A stretch of 64,000 nt of DNA from an uncultured bacterium (GCA_963845185.1 CAWJRG010000011.1:64001-128000), one strand, 5' to 3'; numbered from the stretch's first letter, positions 49,089 through 60,069 are shown. The notes: generated by a model from the sequence alone, not told the origin. A program made the numbers and translations.

Positions 49089-51185
49089 CTATCTTACCGT
49101 GCCAGTTGCCTTTGCAACTATTGTTTCCTGTATACTTGAAGGTACTGGCTCGTATTTTGAAAACTGCATTGTATAAGTCGCCCTTCCCTGGCTCATTGAC
49201 CTTAATTCTGTCGCGTAACCGAACATATCAGCCAGCGGCACAAAAGATTCTATAACCTGGGACTTGCCCCTTTTTTCAAGTTTTTCTATTTTTCCCCTGC
49301 GTGCGTTCAAATTTCCTATGATATCACCTAAAAATCCCTCGGGAGTGACAACCTCTACTGCCATTATAGGCTCAAGTATAATCGGGCCGGCTCTCCTAAA
49401 TCCGTCTTTAAAAGCCAGCGATGCGGCTATTTTAAAGGCGTTCTCGTTTGAATCAACCTCGTGAAACGACCCGTCAAAAAGTGTTACTTTTACGTCGCTT
49501 ACTGGATATCCAGCAAGTACGCCGTTTTCTACTGCTTCCGCTATTCCCTTGTCTATTGCCGGTATATATTCCCTCGGTATTATTCCGCCCACTATATCAT
49601 TAACAAATTCATACCCTTTGCCCCGCTCATTCGGCTCTATATCTATTACAACATGCCCGTAGTTTCCCCTGCCTCCCGACTGCCTTATATATTTGCCTTC
49701 GGCTTCGGCCTTTTTTGTTATTGCTTCCCTGTAAGCCACTTCAGGTTTGCCTACATTTGCCTCAACCTTAAATTCCCTTTTCATCCTGTCCACTATGATT
49801 TCAAGGTGCAGCTCTCCCATGCCTGAAATTATGGTCTGTCCGGTTTCTTCATCGCCCCTCACCCTGAATGTCGGGTCTTCTTCGGATAATTTGTTTAAGG
49901 CTATGCTCATTTTTTCCTGGTCTGCCTTTGTCTTGGGTTCGACCGCAACAAAAATAACCGGCTCCGGGAATATCATTTTTTCAAGGCCGATTAAATTATT
50001 TTCATCACATAACGTGTCTCCGGTAAAAGTATCCTTCAATCCTATGCCCGCGACTATGTCCCCGGCGTAAGCTTCTTTTATCTCTTCCCTGTGATTTGCG
50101 TGCATTAAAAGAATACGGCTTATTCTTTCCTGTCCGTCCCTAGTCGCGTTATAAACATATGACCCTGCTGAAAGCGTACCGGCGTATATCCTGAAATAAG
50201 TAAGCCTGCCCACATAAGGGTCAGACATAATTTTAAAAGCAAGCGCGGTAAAAGGCTCTTTTTCGTCGGCTTTTCTTATGATTTCCTGGTCGGGATTTTC
50301 CGGTGAATGTCCTACCACAGGAGGCACGTCAAGAGGTGACGGCAAAAAATCAACCACGCCGTCAAGCAGCGGCTGCACGCCCTTATTTTTAAACGCAGCG
50401 CCGCAAAATACAGGCACTATAGAGAATGTGAGCGTGCCTTTTCTTATTGCCCTTTTTATCATTTCCGGGGTAACCTCTCCGGCCTTGCCTTCCAGATATT
50501 TATGCATAAGTTCGTCGTCAAAATCCGCCACTGCCTGGAGCATTTTATCCCTGTTATCTTCTGCCTGTACTTTGTACTCGGCAGGTATTTCCTTTATTTC
50601 AAACTTGGCTCCCAGAGTTTCCTCGAGCCATATGATTGCCTTCATATTAATTAAATCCACGACCCCTATAAAAGTGTCCTCTGCTCCTATTGGCAGCTGA
50701 AGCGGTACAGGATTTGCACCCAGCTTTTCCTCTATTGAATGCACAGACATCCAGAAATCAGCGCCTACCCTGTCCATCTTGTTTAAAAAGACCACCCTTG
50801 GTACTTTATATTTGTCTGCCTGGCGCCAGACTGTCTCGGATTGGGGCTCTACGCCGTTTACGACGTCAAAAACTGCCACGGCACCGTCAAGTACCCTCAG
50901 GGACCTTTCGACTTCTATTGTAAAATCAACATGCCCCGGCGTGTCTATAATATTAATCCTGTAGTTGTTCCAGTAACATGTTGTCGCAGCCGAAGTTATG
51001 GTGATTCCGCGCTCCCTTTCCTGCTCCATCCAGTCCATGGTGGCAAGCCCCTCGTGCACCTCGCCTATTTTATGAACCTTGCCCGTGTAATAAAGCACCC
51101 TTTCGGTAAGCGTAGTCTTACCTGCATCTATGTGCGCCATAATTCCTATGTTTCTTGTTCTCTCAAGCGGGTATTCACGTGGCAT
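49089..51185 (-). CDS. fusA: Elongation factor G
   Basis: [26 protein letters not shown] and GMGELHL motifs. Confidence 0.99.
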   Translation of the reverse strand: MPREYPLERTRNIGIMAHIDAGKTTLTERVLYYTGKVHKIGEVHEGLATMDWMEQERERGITITSAATTCYWNNYRINIIDTPGHVDFTIEVERSLRVLDGAVAVFDVVNGVEPQSETVWRQADKYKVPRVVFLNKMDRVGADFWMSVHSIEEKLGANPVPLQLPIGAEDTFIGVVDLINMKAIIWLEETLGAKFEIKEIPAEYKVQAEDNRDKMLQAVADFDDELMHKYLEGKAGEVTPEMIKRAIRKGTLTFSIVPVFCGAAFKNKGVQPLLDGVVDFLPSPLDVPPVVGHSPENPDQEIIRKADEKEPFTALAFKIMSDPYVGRLTYFRIYAGTLSAGSYVYNATRDGQERISRILLMHANHREEIKEAYAGDIVAGIGLKDTFTGDTLCDENNLIGLEKMIFPEPVIFVAVEPKTKADQEKMSIALNKLSEEDPTFRVRGDEETGQTIISGMGELHLEIIVDRMKREFKVEANVGKPEVAYREAITKKAEAEGKYIRQSGGRGNYGHVVIDIEPNERGKGYEFVNDIVGGIIPREYIPAIDKGIAEAVENGVLAGYPVSDVKVTLFDGSFHEVDSNENAFKIAASLAFKDGFRRAGPIILEPIMAVEVVTPEGFLGDIIGNLNARRGKIEKLEKRGKSQVIESFVPLADMFGYATELRSMSQGRATYTMQFSKYEPVPSSIQETIVAKATGTVR

Positions 51186-51225
51186 TTTCTTTTACTTCTC
51201 CTCGGTTTTTAACATTAAACTTGTT

Positions 51226-51693
51226 TTACCATCTATAATGTGCAAAAGCTTTGTTTGCTTCCGCCATCTTATGCGTGTCGTCTTTTTTCTTTATTGCTCC
51301 GCCCTGGTTATTTATCGCGGACATTATTTCATTCGCAAGCCTTTCCTGCATGCTTTTCTCTTTTCTTGCCCTTGCGGCTTCGATAATCCACCTGACGGCA
51401 AGTGAAGTGCTCCTGTCCGGGTTAACCTCCACGGGTATCTGGTAATTCGCTCCGCCTATCCTTCTTGTTTTTAATTCAAGGAGCGGCTTGACATTATCGA
51501 CCGCGTTTTTAAAAGCCGCAAGCGGTTCCTTTCCCTGCTTTTCCATCATCTGGAAAGCGTCGTAAACTATAGATTCAGCCGTGCTTTTCCTGCCTTCGTA
51601 CATTATGCAGTTGATTAACTTGGCGACAAATTCATTTTTATATTTTGAATCCGGTGTTATTTCTCTTTTAACTACTTTTTTCCTTCTCGGCAT
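51226..51693 (-). CDS. rpsG: 30S ribosomal protein uS7
   Basis: RRIGGANYQIP and MAEANKAFAHYRW motifs. Confidence 0.98.
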   Translation of the reverse strand: MPRRKKVVKREITPDSKYKNEFVAKLINCIMYEGRKSTAESIVYDAFQMMEKQGKEPLAAFKNAVDNVKPLLELKTRRIGGANYQIPVEVNPDRSTSLAVRWIIEAARARKEKSMQERLANEIMSAINNQGGAIKKKDDTHKMAEANKAFAHYRW

Positions 51694-51710
51694 TGTTTAC
51701 CTCTTTTTAA

Positions 51711-52103
51711 TTATTTTGCGGCCGCTGGCTGCTGTTTTGGCATCTTTGCGCCGTATTTGGACCTGCCCTGTTTCCTGTCGGATACGCCCTGCGTATCAAG
51801 TGTGCCCCTGATTATGTGGTACCTTACACCCGGCAAATCTTTTACCCTGCCACCCCTTATCATTACGATAGAGTGTTCCTGAAGGTTATGTCCTACACCT
51901 GGAATATAGCATATTACTTCCATTTTATTCGTAAGCCTTACTCTTGCCACTTTTCGCAATGCGGAATTCGGCTTTTTTGGCGTAACGGTATACACTCTTG
52001 TGCATACCCCTCTTTTTTGCGGGCATGATTTCAAAGCAGGCGCAGACGTCTTATTCTTTGCATGTTTTCTTTTTCTTTTTACAAGCTGGTTGATTGTAGG
52101 CAA
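51711..52103 (-). CDS. rpsL: 30S ribosomal protein uS12
   Basis: [17 protein letters not shown] and [12 protein letters not shown] motifs; TTG start. Confidence 0.99.
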   Translation of the reverse strand: MPTINQLVKRKRKHAKNKTSAPALKSCPQKRGVCTRVYTVTPKKPNSALRKVARVRLTNKMEVICYIPGVGHNLQEHSIVMIRGGRVKDLPGVRYHIIRGTLDTQGVSDRKQGRSKYGAKMPKQQPAAAK

Positions 52104-52211
52104 TTACTAGCCTCCTTGCTTAAACTTTTATAAAGGAACATCCCAGTTCCCTCCGGAAAAGTATAATTAATCCCCCATCCGAAATCGGGGAATTTTTTTC
52201 GGATAAAATAA

Positions 52212-52244
52212 CAAAAGACGGCTCTAACGGCTCCGTCTTTTTTT
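52212..52244 (-). terminator. Terminator-like hairpin in the rpsL leader
   Basis: Minus strand AAAAGACGG-N11-CCGTCTTTT-GTTATTTT. Confidence 0.6.
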
Positions 52245-52308
52245 ACAGCAATTTACCTATTTTATTAGTAAAACCATATCCAATGAGCCTTTTTGAATAA
52301 GCGCAAGT

Positions 52309-52337
52309 ATAATATTAAAAATGTTATACTTTGTCAA
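52309..52337 (-). promoter_or_regulatory. Sigma70-type promoter of the str operon
   Basis: TTGACA-N17-TATTAT about 200 nt upstream of rpsL. Confidence 0.65.
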
Positions 52338-52463
52338 GGTTTTTTTTGATATTTTTTAAGTTAATCCTGCATAGGTTAAAGCATATGGTTCACAATTTAT
52401 GGCATATATTTAAGATTCTTTTGCGTCCCGCTTCCCCCTTACCAACTGCCACCCGCATTTCTC

Positions 52464-54851
52464 CTACTGCCCCTTTATCCTCCTTTCCTTTGCCTGCTCC
52501 AGTTGGTTGTATAAATTCACAATCTGGGGGTCGTTGCCGAATAGCGGTATAGCATCCTGCAGTGTCGAAAGCGCCTTGTCGATTTTGCCCATTTTATAAT
52601 ATGTATATGCCACATACATATACATGCTCAAACTTTTGTTTATTCCCCTTGCCCTGATAAAATACTTCAAAGCCGTGTCATAATTATTGTTTTTAAAATA
52701 ATAAACCCCTATATTTTTATTAACGTCAGCCGTCCTGTAATTTTCGCCTATCAAAAACTCGTATATATCAATGGCAGTTTCATAATTGCCTTTTGCCATC
52801 ATTTCTGTCCCCTGCGTAAAAAGCGCTTCATACTGCTTGTTTAAATCGATATTTCCTATAGCGTCTATATATGTCTGCAGCAATGCCCTGTTGTCGCTGC
52901 CGTATTGTATTGCCTTTTCAAACATTTCCTTTGCCATAGGCAGGATTTTGTTGTTATAATAAATCATTCCCAGCGCTGCGCACGCAACCCAGTAATCCTT
53001 TTTTATTGCAATGGACTTTTTAAGGCAATTGATTTCCTCGTTTTCATTACCCAATTCTTTATACGCCAGGGACATATTATAGTAAGTTTCTGCAGTCTCA
53101 GCACTCATTGCTTTCATGTTGTCTGTGTAGCAGAAATATAACGCCTTTTTATATACCCATAATGCCTCATTCGGCCTGTGATTTAGCAGCAACTCAAACG
53201 CTTGAAGCATCATAGTTTCAGGATACCATGTGACAAGATACAGGTTTTCCCCGTTATATTTCACATACCTGTCAAAAGTCCCCCTGTCATAAGCGTAAAG
53301 TTTATATATATCAGGCGAAACCTGCTCGTTAGCTAAGGTGTACTTGCGAACCAGCCCTTTTTGCTTGTAATTATATGCTATTTTAATCTTATCGACGAAC
53401 GGCGAATAAGTACTCCTGTAGACTCCTGTATTGCGTACAAAAACGCCTATTACATTATTCATATTATTGCCGAATTCATTCTCTTTCATCGGCATATTCC
53501 CATATTTATTTATAAAATCATTTATTCCCCACTTTATCCTGAGATTAAGAGCCGGCACAAATTTTATATCCGGCCTTTCTTTCTCAATAGCTTGTATATA
53601 ATAAACCGGCATCATGTTATGGTCGCCCTCAGCGAGGTACATGCTTCCCTGCTCCATGCTGTTTAATATATTTTTGCCGTAGTCGTAAGCCAGGTAGTCA
53701 TATCGCCTGTCGTTTTTTTGAAAATGCATGATGCCGGCAAATAAAACTGTTGCCACGACGAGGCCGATTAAAACCTGTTTTAGCATCCTTTGTTTAATAC
53801 ACACCATTGCAAAACATGCGCCGCACACCACAAACATCAGCAGTACATACTGCGCAGGCATAAGAAAAATATCTATCATCCATGCCCAGCCTGTTTCTGT
53901 GCGGTTGTAAAAAACTACCATCCCTGTGTATATAATGATTGCGCTTAAATAAAAGAAAAAGACCGGCCTGATTTTTTTTGCCAGTATATAACCACCGAAA
54001 AATATCAAAACCCACAATAATGAATAATTATTTATGAATAGATTCAGGAATTCTTTTACCTGGCCCATGTAAAGGCTCAATGACGGAGCAGGCAGCTCTG
54101 AATATCCGCTTCTAAGCAGCGTCCACCAGAAATCCGACCAGGTATTCGGTTTTGCCATAAAAACAAACGCGCCTTCACTGCCGCCTCTTATAGGCAGGTA
54201 AATATATGCGCTTAATCCGGTTATCAGGAATAACAGCGTAAAAACAGCGTTTTTTATGCTGATTTGGCGTACAAAACGTATAAAAAAATAGCCGAATACA
54301 GGCAAGAGTATTATCATGCTTGGCCAGTGGTTTGCAAGCGATAACCCGAAAATATACGATATTAAATAAAGATATTTAGTACTGAAATTGTTGAATAAAC
54401 GCAGGCTAAAAAACAGCATGATTGAGAAAAACAAAAGATTCAGCATATATATGCCGCCCTTTGCTTCTATTGCCTGGTTCCAGAATATATATGAAAAAGC
54501 AAGAATAAAAACTCCAAGGAAATTCATGATTTTATTTTCATAATTAAAAATGCGGAAGGTATTCTGCCTTATCAAGAAATAGGTTAAAAGCAGGATAATC
54601 ATCGCGAGAAAAACCGCGAACAGATTTATCCTGAAAGCAGGCGCGCCGATCGGCAGCCAGGAAAATATTTTTGCAGCCATTGTAAATAAAGGATAGCCGG
54701 GCGGATGGCTTATGCCAAGCATATATGCAGATGTTATGGTTTCCGGCGAGTCGTTGCTTTTAAATGCCGGCGGCATGGTGTAAATGTATATTTGAAATAT
54801 TGCAATTAGAGACAGCAGCAATATTATTGTATCTTTATATTTTTTCCACAT
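52464..54851 (-). CDS. DUF2723/TMEM260-like GT-C glycosyltransferase with C-terminal TPRs (paralog 1)
   Basis: NDSPE..LGISHPPGYPLF, FWNQAIEA, GLSLANH and YLPIR motifs; many TM helices; TPR tail. Start MWKKYKD chosen by analogy with paralog 2 and an AAGGA RBS. Confidence 0.85.
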   Translation of the reverse strand: MWKKYKDTIILLLSLIAIFQIYIYTMPPAFKSNDSPETITSAYMLGISHPPGYPLFTMAAKIFSWLPIGAPAFRINLFAVFLAMIILLLTYFLIRQNTFRIFNYENKIMNFLGVFILAFSYIFWNQAIEAKGGIYMLNLLFFSIMLFFSLRLFNNFSTKYLYLISYIFGLSLANHWPSMIILLPVFGYFFIRFVRQISIKNAVFTLLFLITGLSAYIYLPIRGGSEGAFVFMAKPNTWSDFWWTLLRSGYSELPAPSLSLYMGQVKEFLNLFINNYSLLWVLIFFGGYILAKKIRPVFFFYLSAIIIYTGMVVFYNRTETGWAWMIDIFLMPAQYVLLMFVVCGACFAMVCIKQRMLKQVLIGLVVATVLFAGIMHFQKNDRRYDYLAYDYGKNILNSMEQGSMYLAEGDHNMMPVYYIQAIEKERPDIKFVPALNLRIKWGINDFINKYGNMPMKENEFGNNMNNVIGVFVRNTGVYRSTYSPFVDKIKIAYNYKQKGLVRKYTLANEQVSPDIYKLYAYDRGTFDRYVKYNGENLYLVTWYPETMMLQAFELLLNHRPNEALWVYKKALYFCYTDNMKAMSAETAETYYNMSLAYKELGNENEEINCLKKSIAIKKDYWVACAALGMIYYNNKILPMAKEMFEKAIQYGSDNRALLQTYIDAIGNIDLNKQYEALFTQGTEMMAKGNYETAIDIYEFLIGENYRTADVNKNIGVYYFKNNNYDTALKYFIRARGINKSLSMYMYVAYTYYKMGKIDKALSTLQDAIPLFGNDPQIVNLYNQLEQAKERRIKGQ
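54597..54837. repeat. 241-bp direct repeat, copy 1
   Basis: Matches 56751-56991 with 3 mismatches by manual comparison. Confidence 0.9.
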
Positions 54852-55004
54852 TAAATTATCCTTTTGATTGTATTGTTTGTTCCCCTGTAATTTAACATGA
54901 AATAATATTTTTTCCATTAAAAAATTTTATATTTTATGTCATTTCTTAAAAATATATTGTTCCATTAAATAATGAATTTTAAAATTGATCATTACCAAAA
55001 TATG

Positions 55005-57005
55005 TTATTGTATATTCCCCATGCTCTGATTTATTGATGATATATATTGTTCAAGGCCCTGTCTGTTCGGGCTTCCGTATCGTATCGCATTTTCAAACAT
55101 TTCCTTAGCCTCCGGCCCTAGTTTTTGATTGTAATAAATCATTCCCAATACTTCAAACGGCCTATAAAAAACATCACTTGCATTAATATTAGCAGCTTCT
55201 TTTAAGCATTTTATCTGATTATCTTCATCATTTACTAATGCATATGCCATTGATAAAGCATAGTAAGTATGGGCTTCATATTTTATTACAGGCATGTATA
55301 ACGCTTTTTTAAATATATCTATCGCATCATTATATTTTTTTTGATTTAAAAAATCACTTCCCTGAGATGCCATACGCCAGCTATAAATTGATATTAATTC
55401 TTTATCAAAATGAATTTTTGTTTTAATATCATAAATTCCCCTGTAAGAATAATTTTTAAAAATATTCGCAGATATATATTCGTTTTTATCTGCCATTTTG
55501 TTCACAATTCCGTCTGCCCGCTGGTAATAATTATTGGTATTATTTTCCAAATCATTTCTATAAAGGCTCAAATAAATATTATCTTTTAAAATGAAATTAT
55601 TAATAATATTAATTACATTATCAGTCAGATAATCTTTTTTAAGCCCGATATTACCGTATTTCTTTATAAAATCCTCTATTCCCCATTGATAATTTAATGA
55701 AAATAAATTTAAATATTTTATGTCATTTATTTTATGTTCAACGGACTGGAAATAACATAACGGCATTATATAATAATCGGCTGTAGCTATAAAAAAGCTG
55801 CCGGGTTTTATTGTTTTTATAATATTATTGCCAAAATCATAAGCAATATAATCATATCTGTTGTTATTAATTTTATAATTTTGAAATCCCATATTTAATA
55901 TTATTCCAGTAAATATAATCATAAAAGAATACTTATACCTTTTTAAGTTTAGTATTTTCATAACATAATATGCCCCAAATATGATTAAAATATATGATAT
56001 ATATTGTGAAGGCATAAGAAAAATATAAATTAAATCAAATGCTATTTTTTCACCCCGGTTAATTAATACAACAGCAAATACAACAATTAAAAATCCGCTT
56101 AAATAAAAAAATAGTATTTCTCTACTTCTTTTAAATAAAATATATGCCCCGAAAAATATTAACAACCATATATATGAAAAATTGCTTAAAAACAAATGAA
56201 TAAATCCTTTTATTTGGTCTATATATAAATTTATGGTTGGAAGCTCCAGATAAGTATAAGCATTTCTTAAGATTGTCCACCAAAAATTTTCCCATGTATT
56301 TGTCCGTGCCATAAAAACAAAAATGCCGTCCGTTCCGGCTCTTATAGGTAAGTAAAGATAAGGGCTCAAACCGGTAAAAAGCAGCAAAACCATTGTTATA
56401 ATATTTTTTTGATCTATTTTTTGCCTATATTTAAAAACTAAATATCCAAAAACCGGTAAAAGTATTATCATACTCGGCCAGTGGTTAGAAAGCGACAACC
56501 CGTAAATAAACGCCATAAGATAAATATATTTAATATTCAATCCTCTGAATAATTTTATGCTCAGATACATCAATATTGCAAGAAACAATAGATTTAATAT
56601 ATATATGCCACCTTTTGCCTCAATTGCTTGGTTCCAGAATATAAAAGAAAATGCTAAAATAAATACACTAAAAAAATTTATTATCTTATCTTCGTAACCA
56701 AAAATAAGCCATGTATTTTGTTTCAACAAAAAATAGGAAAAAAATAAAACAATCATCGCAAGAAAAACCGCGAACAGATTTATCCTGAAAGCAGGCGCGC
56801 CGATCGGCAGCCAGGAAAATATTTTTGCAGCCATTGTAAATAAAGGATAGCCGGGCGGGTGGCTTATGCCAAGCATATATGCAGATGTTATGGTTTCCGG
56901 CGAGTCGTTGCTTTTAAACGCCGGCGGCATGGTGTAAATGTATATTTGAAATATTGCAATTAGAGACAGCAGCAATATTATTGTATCTTTAATTCTTTTT
57001 TGCAT
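55005..57005 (-). CDS. DUF2723/TMEM260-like GT-C glycosyltransferase with C-terminal TPRs (paralog 2)
   Basis: Same motifs as paralog 1; shorter TPR tail; visibly more AT-rich. Confidence 0.85.
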   Translation of the reverse strand: MQKRIKDTIILLLSLIAIFQIYIYTMPPAFKSNDSPETITSAYMLGISHPPGYPLFTMAAKIFSWLPIGAPAFRINLFAVFLAMIVLFFSYFLLKQNTWLIFGYEDKIINFFSVFILAFSFIFWNQAIEAKGGIYILNLLFLAILMYLSIKLFRGLNIKYIYLMAFIYGLSLSNHWPSMIILLPVFGYLVFKYRQKIDQKNIITMVLLLFTGLSPYLYLPIRAGTDGIFVFMARTNTWENFWWTILRNAYTYLELPTINLYIDQIKGFIHLFLSNFSYIWLLIFFGAYILFKRSREILFFYLSGFLIVVFAVVLINRGEKIAFDLIYIFLMPSQYISYILIIFGAYYVMKILNLKRYKYSFMIIFTGIILNMGFQNYKINNNRYDYIAYDFGNNIIKTIKPGSFFIATADYYIMPLCYFQSVEHKINDIKYLNLFSLNYQWGIEDFIKKYGNIGLKKDYLTDNVINIINNFILKDNIYLSLYRNDLENNTNNYYQRADGIVNKMADKNEYISANIFKNYSYRGIYDIKTKIHFDKELISIYSWRMASQGSDFLNQKKYNDAIDIFKKALYMPVIKYEAHTYYALSMAYALVNDEDNQIKCLKEAANINASDVFYRPFEVLGMIYYNQKLGPEAKEMFENAIRYGSPNRQGLEQYISSINQSMGNIQ
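56751..56991. repeat. 241-bp direct repeat, copy 2
   Basis: Matches 54597-54837. Confidence 0.9.
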
Positions 57006-57153
57006 TTAATCGTCCTTTTTGATAATCATTAGATTTTCCCATTAATTTAACATGAAATAGTGTTTTTTTCATAAAAAATTTTGGAATTTATATTTATATT
57101 TTTTTCTCGGTCATTCTATTCCATAAGGTATCATTGATTAATAACAAAATTTG

Positions 57154-57519
57154 TTATTGTATCTTATCTAAACTCTTGTCTATTTTTGATATATATTGCT
57201 CAAGTACCTGTACGTCCGGACTGCCGAATTGTATAGCTTTTTCAATCATTTCCTTTGCCATGATCAAATTGCCCTCCTCAAAATAGACCCCGCCAAGCGC
57301 TTGATAAGCCTGCCAATAATTTACTTTTAACAAAATAGCTTTTTTTAAGTATTTTATTTGGTTATCTTTGTCATTTAAACTTCTATAAGCATTAAAGAGA
57401 TCGTAATAAAAATTCGGTTCATTCTCTTTCATTTCATTTTTAAAAGGGAAAAACATAGCTTTTTTAAATATTTGTAGTGCTTCGACCGTATTTCCTCCAT
57501 ACGAAAGTTCTTCTCCCTT
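57154..57519 (-). pseudogene. 3' (TPR) fragment of a third DUF2723 paralog
   Basis: KGEELSYGGNTVEALQIFKKAMF...DKDNQIKYLKKA...AKEMIEKAIQFGSP...SLDKIQ aligns to the paralog 2 C-terminus; the 5' part is missing. Confidence 0.75.
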
Positions 57520-57555
57520 TGGACAATGAATTTTCCCCCTCTTTTTATACTATTA

Positions 57556-57765
57556 TCATCTATTTTTTATTGCCCTTCTGACAGAAGTGACGGAAATGCC
57601 CGACATATCGGCAATCTCCTTGTATATTCCCATGAAATTATATTTAAAATTGTCTTTTTTTAAACATTGAAAAGCTTGGTATATTATTTCGTCCCTGCGT
57701 TTTATATAATTAAGTCTTTGTTTGATATTCAGGAATTCATTTCATATGATTTTATTTTTTGCCAT
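57556..57765 (-). pseudogene. Small HTH (Mor-like) protein interrupted by an in-frame TGA
   Basis: AGGGGA RBS; MAKNKII*NEFLNIKQRLNYIKRRDEIIYQAFQCLKKDNFKYNFMGIYKEIADMSGISVTSVRRAIKNR*. Confidence 0.6.
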
Positions 57766-58159
57766 AGTTTATCCCCTACAGTAAAACCTAATAGGTAATA
57801 CACTAAATAGAAAAAATTAATACATGGATTTATTTCCGTTTATTAAAGCCTTTATACCCTGAATATAAATGTATTACTATATTGATATTTTGTCAACACG
57901 AAATCTTGTCAATTTCGAATTGAGAAATTATATGTCACCAAGCATAACAGTCCGGGACTTTTAGGAGTTTTTAATTCATAAACGTGAAGATGGGCTTTGA
58001 AGATTTTGTATTAGACTTTCCCTTGCAATGTATGTCAAGGTAGAGGTCGTAGGATATTTTAACTGCTTTTATTGTTTTTCAACCCCGACTTTTTTGTCAC
58101 ATAAAAGGTAAAAAAATTCCAAATTTTTCTCTCAATCTATTTTAAACTACAGATTATTT

Positions 58160-59185
58160 TTAATTCGGTTTTATTATGACTTTCAGGCATTCTTTGCTTT
58201 CGCTTGCCAGGCGAAAACCTTCTGCTATTTGATCAAGCAGTAAAATATGCGTGATAATATCCGTAACTTTCATCCTGCCCGAGCTTATGAGTTCTATGGC
58301 CTGCTTATTATCCTCTGGCGCCGAACCATAGCTTGTTTTTATGCTGATATCGTCGCGCCAGAAAGGCGTAAAATCTATTGCCACGGTTTCACCCGGCTTT
58401 GGCACTGCAAAAAATACTATCGTTCCTCCCCTGTCCACACACTTCAATGCCTGGTTCGCGGCAGGCAAAGCGCCGGCGCATAATATTACTTTATCAGCAA
58501 GCCTTCCGTTATTTGCCTTTTTCACCATTTCAGGCACGTTTTCCGCTGCGCTTATTATTGTATCAGCGCCTGCTTTTCGGGCAGCTTCCATTTTATACGG
58601 GCTTATGTCAGTCGCTATTATCTTGCCTGCTCCTGTTTCCTTTGCCAACATTATGCTCAGAAGCCCGGTTATGCCGCTTCCTATTATAAGAACAGTATCG
58701 CCTTTTTTAAGCCCGGCTGCGCGCAGGCACCGCACGACCGTGCCGACCGGCTCTATAAAAGTCGCCTGTTCGTAAGACATATTTTCGGGAAGTTTGAACA
58801 CCCCCGTTTCAATTGACCTGCCCGATACTTTTAAAAACTCGGCAAAGCCGCCGGGAGTAAAATTATTTTCCGAATGAAATACTTCGCAGGCTGTCTCATG
58901 TCCGTTTTTACAATAAATACATTCGCCGCATGGTACATGGTGTGTGGCAAAAACCCTGTCCCCCTTTTTTAAGCCTTTGATATCTTTGCCGGTTTCCATG
59001 ATTTCACCGGCCATTTCATGTCCGAGCACGATTGGCGCCTTTTTTATCCTGTACCATTCCAGTACATCGCTGCCGCAGATGCCGCATGCCATGACCTTTA
59101 TCAATATATCTTTAGGGCCAATTTCCGGAACCGGCCTTTCCTCTATTCTCACGTCCCTGTTATTATAATAAACTCCTGCTTTCAT
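58160..59185 (-). CDS. Zn-dependent MDR-family (sorbitol/threonine-like) dehydrogenase
   Basis: CGICGSD, LGHE, CGECIYC..C and IIGSGITG motifs. Confidence 0.92.
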   Translation of the reverse strand: MKAGVYYNNRDVRIEERPVPEIGPKDILIKVMACGICGSDVLEWYRIKKAPIVLGHEMAGEIMETGKDIKGLKKGDRVFATHHVPCGECIYCKNGHETACEVFHSENNFTPGGFAEFLKVSGRSIETGVFKLPENMSYEQATFIEPVGTVVRCLRAAGLKKGDTVLIIGSGITGLLSIMLAKETGAGKIIATDISPYKMEAARKAGADTIISAAENVPEMVKKANNGRLADKVILCAGALPAANQALKCVDRGGTIVFFAVPKPGETVAIDFTPFWRDDISIKTSYGSAPEDNKQAIELISSGRMKVTDIITHILLLDQIAEGFRLASESKECLKVIIKPN

Positions 59186-59190
59186 TTTGC

Positions 59191-60069
59191 TTACTTCTTA
59201 ATTAAGCTGTTATAAAATTCAAGCGCTTCTTTCGCGGTTTTACCTTCGTGCACCACACTTCTTATTGTGCGTATCATTGCCACCGGGTTCTCGTTCTGGA
59301 ATATGTTCCTTCCCATGTCAACGCCTATGGCGCCTGCGTTTATGGCGTTATACGTGAACTCAAGCGCTTCCTTTGTCGGCCTTTTTGTGCCGCCTGCAAT
59401 CACAATCGGCGCCAGGCAGGATTCAACGACTTCCTCGAACCCGTCACAGTAATATGTTTTTACTATATCCGCTCCGTTTTCCGAGACGACCCGGCACGCG
59501 TGTTTTAAATATTTTATGGCTTCTTTCTTGTCTTCCTTTGACAGCTCGCCCCCGCCCTCTGCCTCGCCTTTCACGAATTTCCCGAGCACAGGGTCGCTCC
59601 CGACAGCCGTAATGCCTATTGAAATAAGGCCGTATTTATGGCCCTCATTTGTATGGTCAGCCAGGTTTTTTATGGTCTGCTTCTGGTGTGGAAGGCCGAT
59701 ATAGCATGAAACCGTAAAGCCGATTGCGTTTAACTTCAGGATTTCGTCTATTGTGACTGTTATTACCTCATCGTCCAGCTCATCCGGTTTTCTCATGCTG
59801 TTGCCGCCAGTTGCCCTCAATATAATAGGCGTCGTGCACCACGGGTCCATGCTGGTTTTCAAGCCTCCAACAGTAGGGCTTATCGCGTCGCAGTACGCTA
59901 TCAGTGGCTTTATCGTGTTTCTTAAATCCTCCAGCCCTGCCGGCGCGCCCTGAAAATAGCCGTGGTCAACGGCAAGCAATACCGTCCTGCCCGACTCCGG
60001 GTTCACCATCCTTGCGAGCCTATTTGTCAGCCCGCTCCATTCAGTCTGATATTCAAATATCTTTTTCAT
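59191..60069 (-). CDS. lsrF: LsrF/DhnA-type class I aldolase/thiolase
   Basis: LAVDHGYFQG, ADIVKTYY, PIVIAGG and GVDMGRNIFQ motifs. Substrate uncertain. Confidence 0.8.
   Translation of the reverse strand: MKKIFEYQTEWSGLTNRLARMVNPESGRTVLLAVDHGYFQGAPAGLEDLRNTIKPLIAYCDAISPTVGGLKTSMDPWCTTPIILRATGGNSMRKPDELDDEVITVTIDEILKLNAIGFTVSCYIGLPHQKQTIKNLADHTNEGHKYGLISIGITAVGSDPVLGKFVKGEAEGGGELSKEDKKEAIKYLKHACRVVSENGADIVKTYYCDGFEEVVESCLAPIVIAGGTKRPTKEALEFTYNAINAGAIGVDMGRNIFQNENPVAMIRTIRSVVHEGKTAKEALEFYNSLIKK

Noticed and set aside
57742..57744. In-frame TGA as evidence of recoding or selenocysteine
   Set aside because: TGA terminates ordinary genes here, Trp is encoded by TGG, and no SECIS-like hairpin or redox motif follows.
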